Part shown: positions 9,537 to 18,154 of the stretch, one piece after another
Layout of the letters: every line of letters starts with the position of its first letter
How positions within the stretch are numbered: position 1 is the stretch's first letter
Source: Eubacteriales bacterium
Lineage (GTDB): Bacteria > Bacillota > Clostridia > Oscillospirales > CAG-272
Length of the DNA stretch: 42,886 nt
Direction of reading: 5' to 3'
NCBI GenBank assembly: GCA_045657205.1
Contig: JAZOSS010000132.1
Span: forward strand, 1-42,886
The notes under the pieces: generated by a model
The model's input: the letters and a program-made list of their open reading frames with translations, nothing else
Database searches by the model: none
Told to the model about the DNA's origin: nothing
Position numbers and translations under genes: made by a program

Positions 9537-10553
9537 TCAATCCAACATTTCCTGACTGCTTACGACCTCCGCAAGCTCACCCGGTGAGTCGATTATCTTG
9601 CCTATTCCGTTTGCAATACAGTCAAGCGGACGGCTTGCCCTCTGGACACGGATGCCCAAAGAGTGTTCAAGCAGCTTGTCGATACCCGGCATAAGCGATG
9701 CACCCCCGCAGAGAGTTATACCCGAATCGAATATATCCGACGTTACTCTCGGAGGTATATTTTCAAGCGTTGCGTGGACGGAATCGACTATTCTTTCAAG
9801 GCACTCGCCTATCGCCCTGCGTACTTCGTAGGAGGATATCGTAACTTCGAGAGCTTTTCCCGTGACTATATCTTTTCCGTAGACGCGGAAAGCACCCTTG
9901 TCGTACATCTGATGAGCACAGCCCGCGGTCTTTTTCAAAAACTCAGCCGTATTTTCACCTATAAGCACGTTATACGTATTTTTGATATACGTTATTATCG
10001 CGCTGTTCATATCGTCACCGCCGACACGTGTCATACCTGCGTGAAGAACGCCTCTGTACGATATTACCGCCGTCTGCGTTTTGCCCGCACCTATATCGCA
10101 TATAAGGTTACCCTTTGCTTTCAGCACGTTTATTCCCGCACCGAGTGCCGCCGCCATAGGCTGGCTTACCAGATGCGTTACCGAAAACGCACCCGACTCC
10201 GTGCAGACGTTTTCAAATGCGTTTCTTTCGACCTCGGATATACCCCACGGCACACCGACAGCAACCTTGGGACGGTTGAATATTCCCGTCATTCCGAGCT
10301 TTGAAAAAAACGAGTACAGAACCTCGGAGGTATCGACAAAGCTGTCGATAACGCCGTTTTTAAGCGGAAGGACCGCTTCCTTGTCCTTGGGCGTTCTTCC
10401 GTACATTTTTTTAGCCTCCCTGCCCGACGCAATAACGTCACCCTTGACAGTATCGTAAGCAATGGCGGTAGGCTCTCTCAGTATTATTCCTCTGCCCTTT
10501 TCGTATATCTTCGTATTTGCCTGACCTAAATCAAGTCCTATGTATTTAGGCAT
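9537..10553 (-). CDS. mreB: Actin-like rod shape-determining protein MreB/Mbl
   Basis: This 338-aa protein has the motifs IGLDLGQANTKIY, DIGAGKTQTAVIS and ITLCGGASLMPGIDKLL. It is the first gene of the mreBCD-PBP2 cluster. Confidence 0.9.
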   Translation of the reverse strand: MPKYIGLDLGQANTKIYEKGRGIILREPTAIAYDTVKGDVIASGREAKKMYGRTPKDKEAVLPLKNGVIDSFVDTSEVLYSFFSKLGMTGIFNRPKVAVGVPWGISEVERNAFENVCTESGAFSVTHLVSQPMAAALGAGINVLKAKGNLICDIGAGKTQTAVISYRGVLHAGMTRVGGDDMNSAIITYIKNTYNVLIGENTAEFLKKTAGCAHQMYDKGAFRVYGKDIVTGKALEVTISSYEVRRAIGECLERIVDSVHATLENIPPRVTSDIFDSGITLCGGASLMPGIDKLLEHSLGIRVQRASRPLDCIANGIGKIIDSPGELAEVVSSQEMLD

Positions 10554-10614
10554 TTTCTTCCTCTTTCACTTTTTTCACTGACAATAAATAATTCCGCCGA
10601 AGGCACCTTTTCTT

Positions 10615-10647
10615 TTATCTATTATCTATTATCTATTATCTATTATC
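10615..10647. repeat. Tandem 7-bp microsatellite (TATTATC)x4 plus a partial unit. It reads GATAATA on the coding strand of mreB.
   Basis: Direct reading gives ttatc tattatc tattatc tattatc tattatc. It lies 62-94 nt upstream of the mreB start codon. Confidence 0.95.
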
Positions 10648-10690
10648 TCATTTTACCCCGCCCTACATCATGCGGGGTATCGAGTGCGCC

Positions 10691-10895
10691 GATCCCTACT
10701 ACTTTGTTTCAACTAAAAGTTTACATTCGGAATTGTTTCTTGCATCCGACGGTGGAAGTGAAGCGCCCGCCTGCACCCCCCACAGCTCGCGGTAGTTCGT
10801 GAAGCGAACTACAAGCGAGCTGCCTGCAGGCATAGGCCGCAGATTTCCTCCGGAAATCTATCGTGTAAAGTTTTAAATGAAACAAGGCACTACGT
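10691..10895. repeat. Structured inverted-repeat element of about 200 nt, copy 1 (unclassified: MITE-like element or structured RNA)
   Basis: The arms CTACTACTTTGTTTCAACTAAAAGTTTACA and TGTAAAGTTTTAAATGAAACAAGGCACTACG enclose nested helices: GCCTGCA/TGCAGGC, CAGCTCGC/GCGAGCTG, GGTAGTTCG/CGAACTAC and AGATTTCC/GGAAATCT. A second copy lies at 32409-32607. Confidence 0.85.
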
Positions 10896-10901
10896 CTTCA
10901 T

Positions 10902-11465
10902 TCATTTCTGTTTCCAAAGCCTCACAAGGTACTCATACACCTTGCAAAGCGGAAGTCCGACGACGTTCTGATAATTTCCCTCTATTCTTTCGACAAACAC
11001 GCCGCCGATGCCCTGTATAGCATACGCACCTGCCTTGTCACGGCACTCGCCCGTCGCTATGTATTCAAGTATCTCATCTGCCGACATTTCACGCATCTTA
11101 ACGCGCGTAAGATCGTAATCGAGAATATACTCGCTTCCCTTTCTTATTGCAAAGCCCGTGTACACCTCGTGAAAGTCACCCGAAAGCATTGAAAGCATAC
11201 GGAAGGCGTCCTCGTCGTCACGGGGCTTTCCGAGAACTATCCCGTCGTAGCATACGACCGTGTCTGCGGCGATTATTATATCGTCATCTTCCGCATCGAC
11301 CTTTGCGGAATTGAGCTTTCTGTTTGCAAGACCCATAACGAGTTCCTCAGGGGATGGGGTAAATCCACAGCTTTCGTCGGCACTCGTTTCGACCGTTTTG
11401 AATTTTATACCTGCCGACTTCAGTATTTCACTTCGTCTTGGTGATTTTGAAGCAAGATATATCAT
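10902..11465 (-). CDS. maf: Maf-like nucleoside-triphosphate pyrophosphatase (septum formation protein Maf)
   Basis: The translation MIYLASKSPRRSEILKSAGIKF...AADTVV...GKP...AGAYAIQG is typical of Maf. I used the internal ATG at 11465 because the 28-aa N-terminal extension in the ORF track would overlap dut. Confidence 0.85.
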   Translation of the reverse strand: MIYLASKSPRRSEILKSAGIKFKTVETSADESCGFTPSPEELVMGLANRKLNSAKVDAEDDDIIIAADTVVCYDGIVLGKPRDDEDAFRMLSMLSGDFHEVYTGFAIRKGSEYILDYDLTRVKMREMSADEILEYIATGECRDKAGAYAIQGIGGVFVERIEGNYQNVVGLPLCKVYEYLVRLWKQK

Positions 11466-11481
11466 TTTATGCCGTCCTTTT

Positions 11482-11916
11482 TCAGTTTTTTCCCGTTGAG
11501 CCGAAGCCGCCGCCGCCGCGTTTCGTTTCACTGAGCGTGCCTTGTTCAAACTCTCCTCTTATAACGGGCAAAAACATAAGCTGTGCTATTCTTTCCCCGT
11601 TTGAAACGGTGTATTCTTTATCCGAAAGATTTACAAGAGATACCATTATCTCCCCTCTGTAATCGCTGTCAACGACACCTATTCCGTTTGCAAGAGTTAT
11701 TCCGTGCTTTGATGCAAGTCCGCTTCTGGCACATATCACCGCGGCAATATCAACTCTTTCACATTCTATTGCAATACCCGTCGGTATGAGCTTTCTTTCA
11801 TTCGGAAGAATGACCGTATCCTCACAGCAAGCATAAAGATCCGCGCCTGCGGCACATTCACTCTGATATTCGGGTGCTTTTGCGCCCTCTTTAAGTATCT
11901 TATATTTTACCCTCAC
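11482..11916 (-). CDS. dut: dUTP diphosphatase
   Basis: This 144-aa protein has the motifs AAGADLYA, GVVDSDYRGEI and RGGGGFGSTG. Its GTG start overlaps the stop of the U32 gene (GTGA). Confidence 0.9.
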   Translation of the reverse strand: MRVKYKILKEGAKAPEYQSECAAGADLYACCEDTVILPNERKLIPTGIAIECERVDIAAVICARSGLASKHGITLANGIGVVDSDYRGEIMVSLVNLSDKEYTVSNGERIAQLMFLPVIRGEFEQGTLSETKRGGGGFGSTGKN

Positions 11917-14027
11917 AGTCTTCTTACCTCTCCTACGGGGCTGTCCCCGTTTCTGTAATTATCAATGATATCCGACGCTTTGTTCGGAGTTTCATCCGTA
12001 AAATAGTAATGTATGTCACCGGCCTTGCCGCCTGTCAGCGTTGCAAGCTTATCCGCCATATAGACGGGTACGCTGTTATAAAGCACGTTTCTGTGCTTGA
12101 ACGTACGTCTTACGGGAATCTTCGCGCCGTGTCTGTCGGTTATATATGAATAAAGCTTTGTATCACAGTACGCACAAGAGCTTATCCCGGGTGCGTTTTT
12201 GCCCATTTCAACGTCACGTATGACGCATTTTTCGACCGTCATCGCGGGAAGCTTACCGTATGCTGCCACACCCGTTCTTCCGGGTATCAGTTCAGCTATT
12301 GCTTTCATTGCGGGAAGCTTCAATTCGGGACTTAACATAACGTCGGATATTCCGAGCCTTATATATTCCTTTGCCGCACGCACGCTCTGCACGGAAAGAC
12401 CTATTCCGCCGTGTACGTTAAAGCCGTATTTCAAGGCAATATTAAGTGAGCCGATGTTATTTACAATTACATTTTTGACTCCCTCAAGCTTCACACGTAC
12501 CGCCATATCGTCAAGATCGTTATAGTCCTTCATCATAGCAACGCTCGGGAATTCCACCCCGTCAACTACCTCTTTGACGTGTGAAGGAGCTTTGAGATAT
12601 TCTTCAATAGGCAGATATATATGCGAAAATCCGCCGAGGAACACCCTTGCGGGCATAAGAGCTGCGTGGGTAAAATGTGCAATACTTACGCACCCCGGAT
12701 TAAGAGACGTATCCTTTTCAACGGTATTCGGCACTTTAAGCTCGAAATCTGCTCTTTCGGGGTGGTATACTGTGTTTATCTTACACAGAAGCTTGTCGCA
12801 CGCCGTTCTTCTTAAAGAATTTATCGCGGAAACGGGGAGCATCACTCCGTCGTCTATGACTATTGATACACCGTCTTTCATCGGTGTAAACGGTGTTGAA
12901 CCGAGCTTCAGAAGATTTTTCTTTACGCTGTCAAGCGTCAAAGGAGCGTTTACCGCTTCCTCCGGCGCGCTTCCGTAAACGGTAACGGACACGTCGTTAT
13001 ACGTCAGCTGCATTCTGCAAGCCGTTCCCTTTTTAAATTCCGCCGTGATCTTCACGGGGAGTCTGCGGCGTGAGTTCTTCATCTCAAACGCTGTCGTAAC
13101 TTCCGCTTCTTTTGTTTTTGCTTTATCGGCATCGCTTCTCACACCGAGCATTTTGCGCCCGATATTTCCCGTAAAATATCCGTCTGTGAAGCCGCCTCTT
13201 GAAAACAGTCTTTCAAGCTTTTCTTTTTCTTCCTCTGCGGCGTCGCGTCCTTCGTCAATGAGCGCTCTGTATATGCTTCCGACACCGTAAACGTATTCGG
13301 GGCTCTTCATTCTGCCCTCTATTTTGAGGCTGTCAACTCCGCTGCGGAGTATCTCCGTCATATAGTCTGCAAGGCAGAGGTCTTTAAGGGACAAAGGATA
13401 GCTTCCGTCCTTTGCGGGAAGTCTGCACGGCTGTGCACAGTCACCTCTGTTGCCGCTTCTTCCGCCCATAAACGCACTAAGCGAGCACATACCCGAATGG
13501 CACACGCAAAGCGCACCGTGAACGAACATCTCGTATTCCATATCGGGCATTTCACGGCGGATATTGAGTATATCCTCAAACGATGCTTCACGCGCTATGA
13601 CCATACGGGAATATCCCATACTTTTCAGAACCTTTGCCGCCGATGCGTTATGACCTGCACACTGCGTGCTTGCGTGGAGGCGGAAATCGGGAAAATACTC
13701 TCTTAAAACAGCGCACACGCCGGGGTCTGCACATATTATCGAATCACAGTCGGCACGGTAGAGAAATTCGCAAAGCCTTAAAAGGTCGGCATATTCTCTG
13801 TCGTGCAAAAGCGTATTAAGCGTTATATTTACACGCACACCGTAAAAGTGGCACTTCGTAACGGCGTCTATTATCTCCGAAGGCTCAAAGTTATCGGCTC
13901 CGATCCTTGCATTGAACATTTTTGAACCGAAATATACTTCGTCCGCCCCTGCATTTATTGCCGCATCAAGCGCCAAAGGACTGCCTGCAGGCAAAAGAAG
14001 CGCGGGCTTTTTTTTCGTAAAGCTCAT
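11913..14027 (-). CDS. Peptidase U32 family protein (collagenase-like / RlhA-TrhP-type family), long form
   Basis: The N-terminus LLPAGSPLALDAAINAGADEVYFG and the motifs E.FVHGALC and CAQPCR are typical of the U32 family. Length is 704 aa. Confidence 0.85.
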   Translation of the reverse strand: MSFTKKKPALLLPAGSPLALDAAINAGADEVYFGSKMFNARIGADNFEPSEIIDAVTKCHFYGVRVNITLNTLLHDREYADLLRLCEFLYRADCDSIICADPGVCAVLREYFPDFRLHASTQCAGHNASAAKVLKSMGYSRMVIAREASFEDILNIRREMPDMEYEMFVHGALCVCHSGMCSLSAFMGGRSGNRGDCAQPCRLPAKDGSYPLSLKDLCLADYMTEILRSGVDSLKIEGRMKSPEYVYGVGSIYRALIDEGRDAAEEEKEKLERLFSRGGFTDGYFTGNIGRKMLGVRSDADKAKTKEAEVTTAFEMKNSRRRLPVKITAEFKKGTACRMQLTYNDVSVTVYGSAPEEAVNAPLTLDSVKKNLLKLGSTPFTPMKDGVSIVIDDGVMLPVSAINSLRRTACDKLLCKINTVYHPERADFELKVPNTVEKDTSLNPGCVSIAHFTHAALMPARVFLGGFSHIYLPIEEYLKAPSHVKEVVDGVEFPSVAMMKDYNDLDDMAVRVKLEGVKNVIVNNIGSLNIALKYGFNVHGGIGLSVQSVRAAKEYIRLGISDVMLSPELKLPAMKAIAELIPGRTGVAAYGKLPAMTVEKCVIRDVEMGKNAPGISSCAYCDTKLYSYITDRHGAKIPVRRTFKHRNVLYNSVPVYMADKLATLTGGKAGDIHYYFTDETPNKASDIIDNYRNGDSPVGEVRRL

Positions 14028-14038
14028 ATTTTACCCCG

Positions 14039-14338
14039 TCAGTTTATTTCAAGAAAGCTCTGCGGTGTGCTTTTTTTGCCTTTTACAAGCTCCGCTTCAA
14101 GCTTTTTTATTTTTTCATTAAGCTCGTTTATCTGCTGTTTTTGTTCGAGCGACTGCCTGCAGAAATCCATAGCGCAGAGTGCCGCCGCTTTCATCTTCGT
14201 GCAGTTTGTCGTTTGCAAAACGAGGCTGTTTATCTTCTTATCAACTATTTTTGCTATCTCTTCGGTGCGTTCTTCGCCGTCCTCCGTTACAACGAAAAAC
14301 GAAACTCCCGCAACCTGAACCTTTACACTTTCTTTCAT
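14039..14338 (-). CDS. zapA: Cell division protein ZapA
   Basis: A small coiled-coil protein with VQVAGVSFFVVTEDGEERTEEIAKIVDKKINSL and a C-terminal coiled-coil. I chose the ATG at 14338 because a GGAGGAG RBS lies 7 nt upstream, whereas the ATG at 14359 has no RBS. Confidence 0.8.
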   Translation of the reverse strand: MKESVKVQVAGVSFFVVTEDGEERTEEIAKIVDKKINSLVLQTTNCTKMKAAALCAMDFCRQSLEQKQQINELNEKIKKLEAELVKGKKSTPQSFLEIN

Positions 14339-14395
14339 ATCTATCTCCTCCGGCGGCATTTTTACAAATTATTACCGCGCATTTTAAATTAAGTC

Positions 14396-14424
14396 TTGAT
14401 TTTTTTCACAAGCCGTAGTATAAT
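14396..14424 (+). promoter_or_regulatory. Sigma-A promoter of proB
   Basis: TTGATT (14396-14401), a 17-nt spacer, then TATAAT (14419-14424). An AT-rich leader of about 85 nt contains the hairpin AGTATTTT...AAAATACT. Confidence 0.65.
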
Positions 14425-14511
14425 GCGATAGTACATTATATAACAGATATTTTAATTAAGCAAGAGTATTTTAATAATATTTTTGAAAATACTTTATTAC
14501 AGGAGAATCTT

Positions 14512-15303
14512 ATGCTTGACATTTCATACAAGAGAATAGTTATAAAGGTTGGCACGTCAACCCTTACTTACGACAACGGCAAGCTCAATTTACGCCGCAT
14601 GGAGAAGCTTGCACGCGTTATTTCCGATATAAAAAATTACGGTGTACAGGTCGTACTCGTGTCCTCGGGTGCAGTTGCGGCAGGTGCGGCAAAAGTAAAT
14701 CTCGAACGCAGACCGACGACTCTTATAGAAAAGCAGGCAATGGCGGGTGTCGGAGAGACGGAGGTTATGAGAATGTACGACAGATTTTTCTCAGGCTACG
14801 GTCACCAGGTGGCGCAGATACTTCTGACGAAATCCGTAATGGAAAAAGAAGAGCCGATGCAGAATGCACGCAACACGTTTGAAACTCTGTTTGAAATGGG
14901 CATAATACCGATAGTAAACGAAAACGACTCGATATCGTACCACGGTATAAAGTTCGGCGGAAACGATACCCTTGCGGCACTCGTTGCGCTTTTATCCGAT
15001 GCGGATCTTCTTATAAACCTTTCTGATATCGACGGACTTTACGACAAAAACCCCCGTGAAAGCGACGAAGCCGTAATGCTCAAGCGCATCAAAAAGGTCG
15101 ATGAAACGATAATGGAAATGGCAGGCGGCGAAGGCTCTCAAAGAGGTACCGGCGGTATGAGAACGAAGATAGAAGCCGCAAAGACGGTAACGGAAGCGGG
15201 AATTGCCATGGTAATTGCCAACGGCGAAAACCCCGATATAATCTACGATATAGCCGCAGGCCGCGGTGTCGGCACGTTCTTCGTCCCTAAATCAAAAAAT
15301 TAA
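14512..15303 (+). CDS. proB: Glutamate 5-kinase (short form without PUA domain)
   Basis: The motifs IVIKVGTSTLT, VLVSSGAVAAG, NENDSIS and GTGGMRTKIEAA are present. Length is 263 aa. No proA is adjacent. Confidence 0.9.
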   Translation: MLDISYKRIVIKVGTSTLTYDNGKLNLRRMEKLARVISDIKNYGVQVVLVSSGAVAAGAAKVNLERRPTTLIEKQAMAGVGETEVMRMYDRFFSGYGHQVAQILLTKSVMEKEEPMQNARNTFETLFEMGIIPIVNENDSISYHGIKFGGNDTLAALVALLSDADLLINLSDIDGLYDKNPRESDEAVMLKRIKKVDETIMEMAGGEGSQRGTGGMRTKIEAAKTVTEAGIAMVIANGENPDIIYDIAAGRGVGTFFVPKSKN

Positions 15304-15315
15304 ACACTCCGGTAC

Positions 15316-15420
15316 AATGTCATTCGTTTTTAACGAATGACATTTCAAGCGGTAAAACCGCATTTAATGCAGTTTGCAAAGCGAACTGCATTTCAAGCCG
15401 AAGGCATTTCATTCGGAAGC
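15316..15420 (+). repeat. Array of four consecutive stem-loops with a recurring CATTT(C/A)A junction (a diverged tandem duplication of about 48 nt)
   Basis: H1 is AATGTCATTCGT/ACGAATGACATT (15316-15344). H2 is GCGGT/ACCGC (15349-15361). H3 is AATGCAGTT/AACTGCATT (15366-15392). H4 is CCGAA/TTCGG (15398-15416). GACATTTCAAGC and TGCATTTCAAGC recur 48 nt apart. Confidence 0.7.
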
Positions 15421-15477
15421 CTTATTTCCAATCACTTCCCAAAATTATTAATTTATTGTAAACTATGCCCGAAAAAC

Positions 15478-15506
15478 TTGATTTTTCGGGTTTTGTGTTA
15501 TATAAT
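15478..15506 (+). promoter_or_regulatory. recA sigma-A promoter
   Basis: TTGATT (15478-15483), a 17-nt spacer, then TATAAT (15501-15506). Confidence 0.7.
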
Positions 15507-15516
15507 CAAACAAAAA

Positions 15517-15530
15517 CGAACATTTGTTCG
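15517..15530 (+). promoter_or_regulatory. LexA (Cheo/DinR) SOS box
   Basis: CGAACATTTGTTCG is a perfect match to the Gram-positive consensus CGAAC-N4-GTTCG. It lies between the -10 element and the recA RBS. Confidence 0.85.
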
Positions 15531-15550
15531 GTTTGAAAGGATCATACAAA

Positions 15551-16681
15551 ATGGCTAAAGCAAAAAAAGCAACGCCCGCCCCTTCGGCTATCGCCCCCGA
15601 GGAAAAGCAGAAGGCGCTGGCAACGTCCATTTCTCAGATAGAAAAGAAATTCGGAAAAGGTACTATAATGAAGCTCGGTGACAACGCTTCCATGCAAGTC
15701 AGTGCCGTGCCGACAGGCTCGCTTACACTTGATCTTGCACTCGGCATCGGCGGTGTACCGCGCGGAAGAATAATCGAGATCTTCGGTCCCGAGTCCTCCG
15801 GTAAAACAACTGTTGCTTTGCACGTCGTTGCAGAGGTGCAGAAGCTCGGAGGAGAGGCGGCATTCATAGATGCGGAGCATGCACTCGATCCCGTATACGC
15901 AAAGGCGCTCGGTGTTGATATAAATTCCCTGCTCGTTTCACAGCCCGACAGCGGAGAGCAGGCACTTGAAATAACGGAAGCCCTCGTTCGTTCGGGCGCT
16001 GTTGACGTCGTCGTAGTTGACTCCGTTGCCGCACTCGTTCCCCAGCAGGAAATAGACGGCGAAATGGGTGCATCCCACGTGGGACTCCAGGCAAGACTTA
16101 TGAGCCAGGCACTCAGAAAGCTCTCGGGTGCTATTGCGAAAACGAACTGCGTCGTTATATTTATCAACCAGCTCCGTGAAAAAGTCGGCGTTATGTACGG
16201 CAACCCCGAAACGACACCCGGCGGTCGTGCACTCAAATTCTACGCATCCGTAAGAATTGACGTACGCAAGCAGGAAAGCCTTAAAACAGGCGGCGAAACG
16301 TACGGAAACCACATAAAATGCAAGGTCGTTAAAAACAAGGTCGCACCTCCTTTCAAGGTTGCAGAATTTGACATTCTTTACGGAAAGGGAATATCAAAGT
16401 CAAGCGAGATAATTGAAATAGGTGTCGAGCTTGAAATACTTGAAAAGAGCGGTTCTTGGTTCTCCTACAAGGGCGAACGTCTCGGTCAGGGCAAGGACAA
16501 CACGAGAAAATATATCGAATCACACCCCGCTTTGATGAAAGAGCTTGAAGATCTCATCAAGGCTCAAAAGGACGATATCGACCTTTCGCTCAACGACACA
16601 TTTGAGCTTGACGACGAAGACGAGGACGACGATGATCTCGGCTTCAACATAAAAGTTCTCGATATAGACGACGATGAATGA
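15551..16681 (+). CDS. recA: Recombinase RecA (with an unusually long acidic C-terminal tail)
   Basis: It has the Walker A motif GPESSGKTT and the motifs [19 protein letters not shown] and IFINQLREK. The start is MAKAKK, with an AAAGGA RBS. Confidence 0.97.
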   Translation: MAKAKKATPAPSAIAPEEKQKALATSISQIEKKFGKGTIMKLGDNASMQVSAVPTGSLTLDLALGIGGVPRGRIIEIFGPESSGKTTVALHVVAEVQKLGGEAAFIDAEHALDPVYAKALGVDINSLLVSQPDSGEQALEITEALVRSGAVDVVVVDSVAALVPQQEIDGEMGASHVGLQARLMSQALRKLSGAIAKTNCVVIFINQLREKVGVMYGNPETTPGGRALKFYASVRIDVRKQESLKTGGETYGNHIKCKVVKNKVAPPFKVAEFDILYGKGISKSSEIIEIGVELEILEKSGSWFSYKGERLGQGKDNTRKYIESHPALMKELEDLIKAQKDDIDLSLNDTFELDDEDEDDDDLGFNIKVLDIDDDE

Positions 16682-17315
16682 TCTTTCCCCGTGTGTCATT
16701 ACCGAGGAGGTCCTCCTCGGTAACGGCACGTCGGTTATCACGGTAAGCTCCGAAGAAAAAGAAAAAACGTACACCATATCCACCCGGCTGTTAAGAGAAA
16801 ACGGCTTTTGCAAGGGCGGAAAGCTGTCGGTCGGTGACACAGAGCTTCTTTCTTTTCTTGAAAACGTGACGAAGGCGATAAAAAAGGGACTTGATCTTTT
16901 GTCGTATTCCGATTCGTCAAAAGCATCTCTCGTAAGAAAGCTTTTGATGAAGGGTTTTGACCGTGAAGTATCGGAGCTTGCAGGAGCACAGCTCGAAAAA
17001 ATGGGCTTTATCAGAGAAGAGGATCACGCATTGCGCCTTGCAAGAAGTCTTACAAAACAGCTTTACGGTCCGCGTGCCGTGGAAGAAAAGCTCAAAAGCA
17101 AGGGTTTTGAAAAAAAATACGTAAAAAAAGCGCTCGAGGCTGTATGTTCGGAAACGGATCTTACCGAAAATCTGCACACGTATGCAGAAAAACACGGCTT
17201 GCTTGACTGCATACTCTCCCCCGGCGATCCTTTACAGTACAAGCGCACGTGTGCCAAGATATTACGCAGGGGCTTCAGCTACGAGCATATATCACAGCTG
17301 AAAACGTACAAATAA
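16674..17315 (+). CDS. recX: Recombination regulator RecX
   Basis: It overlaps the recA stop by 8 nt. The protein is helical-repeat in character ([22 protein letters not shown]..., [12 protein letters not shown]). Confidence 0.8.
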   Translation: MNDLSPCVITEEVLLGNGTSVITVSSEEKEKTYTISTRLLRENGFCKGGKLSVGDTELLSFLENVTKAIKKGLDLLSYSDSSKASLVRKLLMKGFDREVSELAGAQLEKMGFIREEDHALRLARSLTKQLYGPRAVEEKLKSKGFEKKYVKKALEAVCSETDLTENLHTYAEKHGLLDCILSPGDPLQYKRTCAKILRRGFSYEHISQLKTYK

Positions 17316-17316
17316 T

Positions 17317-18072
17317 ATGGATCTTTCTTTATATTTACCGAGCCGCCGTCTGAAGGACGTGATCTGTCTTGAAACGGTATCATCAACTAATACGTATCTT
17401 AAAAATCTTGCAGATGCCCCGGGCGGTACGGTCGTTATTTCCGACATTCAGACAGGCGGCGTCGGCAGATACAAGCGCACATTTCATTCACCGAAAGGCG
17501 GTATATACCTTTCGTATCTGTTCAGAGATCCCATATGCGGAGCGCAGTTTCTTACCCCCATCGCCGGTGTGTGCGTAAAGCGTGCCATTGAATCACTTTA
17601 CGGCGTTAAAATCGGTATAAAATGGGTAAACGACCTGCTTTCGGGTGACAAAAAAATATGCGGAATACTTGCCGAAGCGGTAACGGACGGGAAAACGTCA
17701 AGAACGATACTCGGAATAGGCGTAAACGTGAACACGGAAAAAGACGGTTTTCGGGGTGAGCTTTCCGGTATCGCATCAAGTATATTGCTCGAAACGGGCA
17801 AATATATCGACGAAGGTGCGCTTTGTGCCGAGATAATAAAAAATCTCGACAGCATTACCGATGACAGAAGCGGATATCTGCAAGAGTACAGAAAAAGCTG
17901 TGTCACCGTCGGTAATGACGTTATATTTTATTCGCATGACGGTACGCACGAGGGCAGGGTTCTCGGCGTAAACGATGATTTTTCTCTTGAAATCTTAACG
18001 AAAAACGGAGAAAAACAGAGTATTTTCAGTGGCGAAGTGTCTACAAAACCTATGCAAGACAGGGAAATATAA
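17317..18072 (+). CDS. Biotin--[acetyl-CoA-carboxylase] ligase (class I, no N-terminal HTH)
   Basis: The motifs QTGGVGRYKRTFHSPKGG (GRGRxGR-like biotin loop), IKWVNDLL and KICGILAE are present. Length is 251 aa. Confidence 0.85.
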   Translation: MDLSLYLPSRRLKDVICLETVSSTNTYLKNLADAPGGTVVISDIQTGGVGRYKRTFHSPKGGIYLSYLFRDPICGAQFLTPIAGVCVKRAIESLYGVKIGIKWVNDLLSGDKKICGILAEAVTDGKTSRTILGIGVNVNTEKDGFRGELSGIASSILLETGKYIDEGALCAEIIKNLDSITDDRSGYLQEYRKSCVTVGNDVIFYSHDGTHEGRVLGVNDDFSLEILTKNGEKQSIFSGEVSTKPMQDREI

Positions 18073-18125
18073 CAGTGTATGCGAAAAAAATTCACAAATT
18101 AATCAGTATTTTTTTGAAAATCGTA

Positions 18126-18154
18126 TTGATTTTTCGGGAACTGTATGATATAAT
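18126..18154 (+). promoter_or_regulatory. rpmB sigma-A promoter
   Basis: TTGATT (18126-18131), a 17-nt spacer, then TATAAT (18149-18154). Confidence 0.65.

Noticed and set aside
9663-10304. A 213-aa ORF antisense to mreB
   Set aside because: MreB on the other strand is unambiguous. The antisense product is Arg/Tyr-rich with no recognisable domain.
10615-10895. A possible CRISPR array or CRISPR leader
   Set aside because: The 7-bp microsatellite has no spacers. The 200-nt element is a single long palindrome with no repeat-spacer periodicity, and there are no cas genes in the window.
10691-10895. The hairpin element as a 6S RNA (a long hairpin of about 200 nt)
   Set aside because: Two copies that are highly similar in sequence, with terminal inverted repeats and modular indels, look more like a dispersed repeat family. 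I see no large central open-promoter-like bubble. This cannot be fully excluded without a covariance-model scan.
11466-11549. N-terminal extensions suggested by the ORF track. They affect maf (11466..11549), the phosphatase (23715..23813), yqeG (24686..24847), the activase (28862..28903), the dehydratase-like gene (25921..25944), the GH99-like gene (38519..38614), recA (15524..15550), zapA (14339..14359) and the repressor (19897..19908).
   Set aside because: In each case an internal ATG with a proper Shine-Dalgarno sequence matches the conserved protein N-terminus. The extension would either overlap the upstream gene, promoter or terminator, or use a TTG/GTG start without an RBS.
14425-14511. 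A T-box or other riboswitch in the proB leader
   Set aside because: The leader is only about 85 nt long and AT-rich with one simple hairpin. That is too short for a T-box, and it shows no specifier or T-box sequence.
15337-15558. A 73-aa ORF across the proB-recA spacer
   Set aside because: It has no RBS, is built from the hairpin array, and runs through the recA promoter and LexA box.
15634-16236. A 200-aa ORF antisense to recA, together with other antisense ORFs in recA
   Set aside because: recA is certain, so these are shadow frames of a GC3-biased gene.
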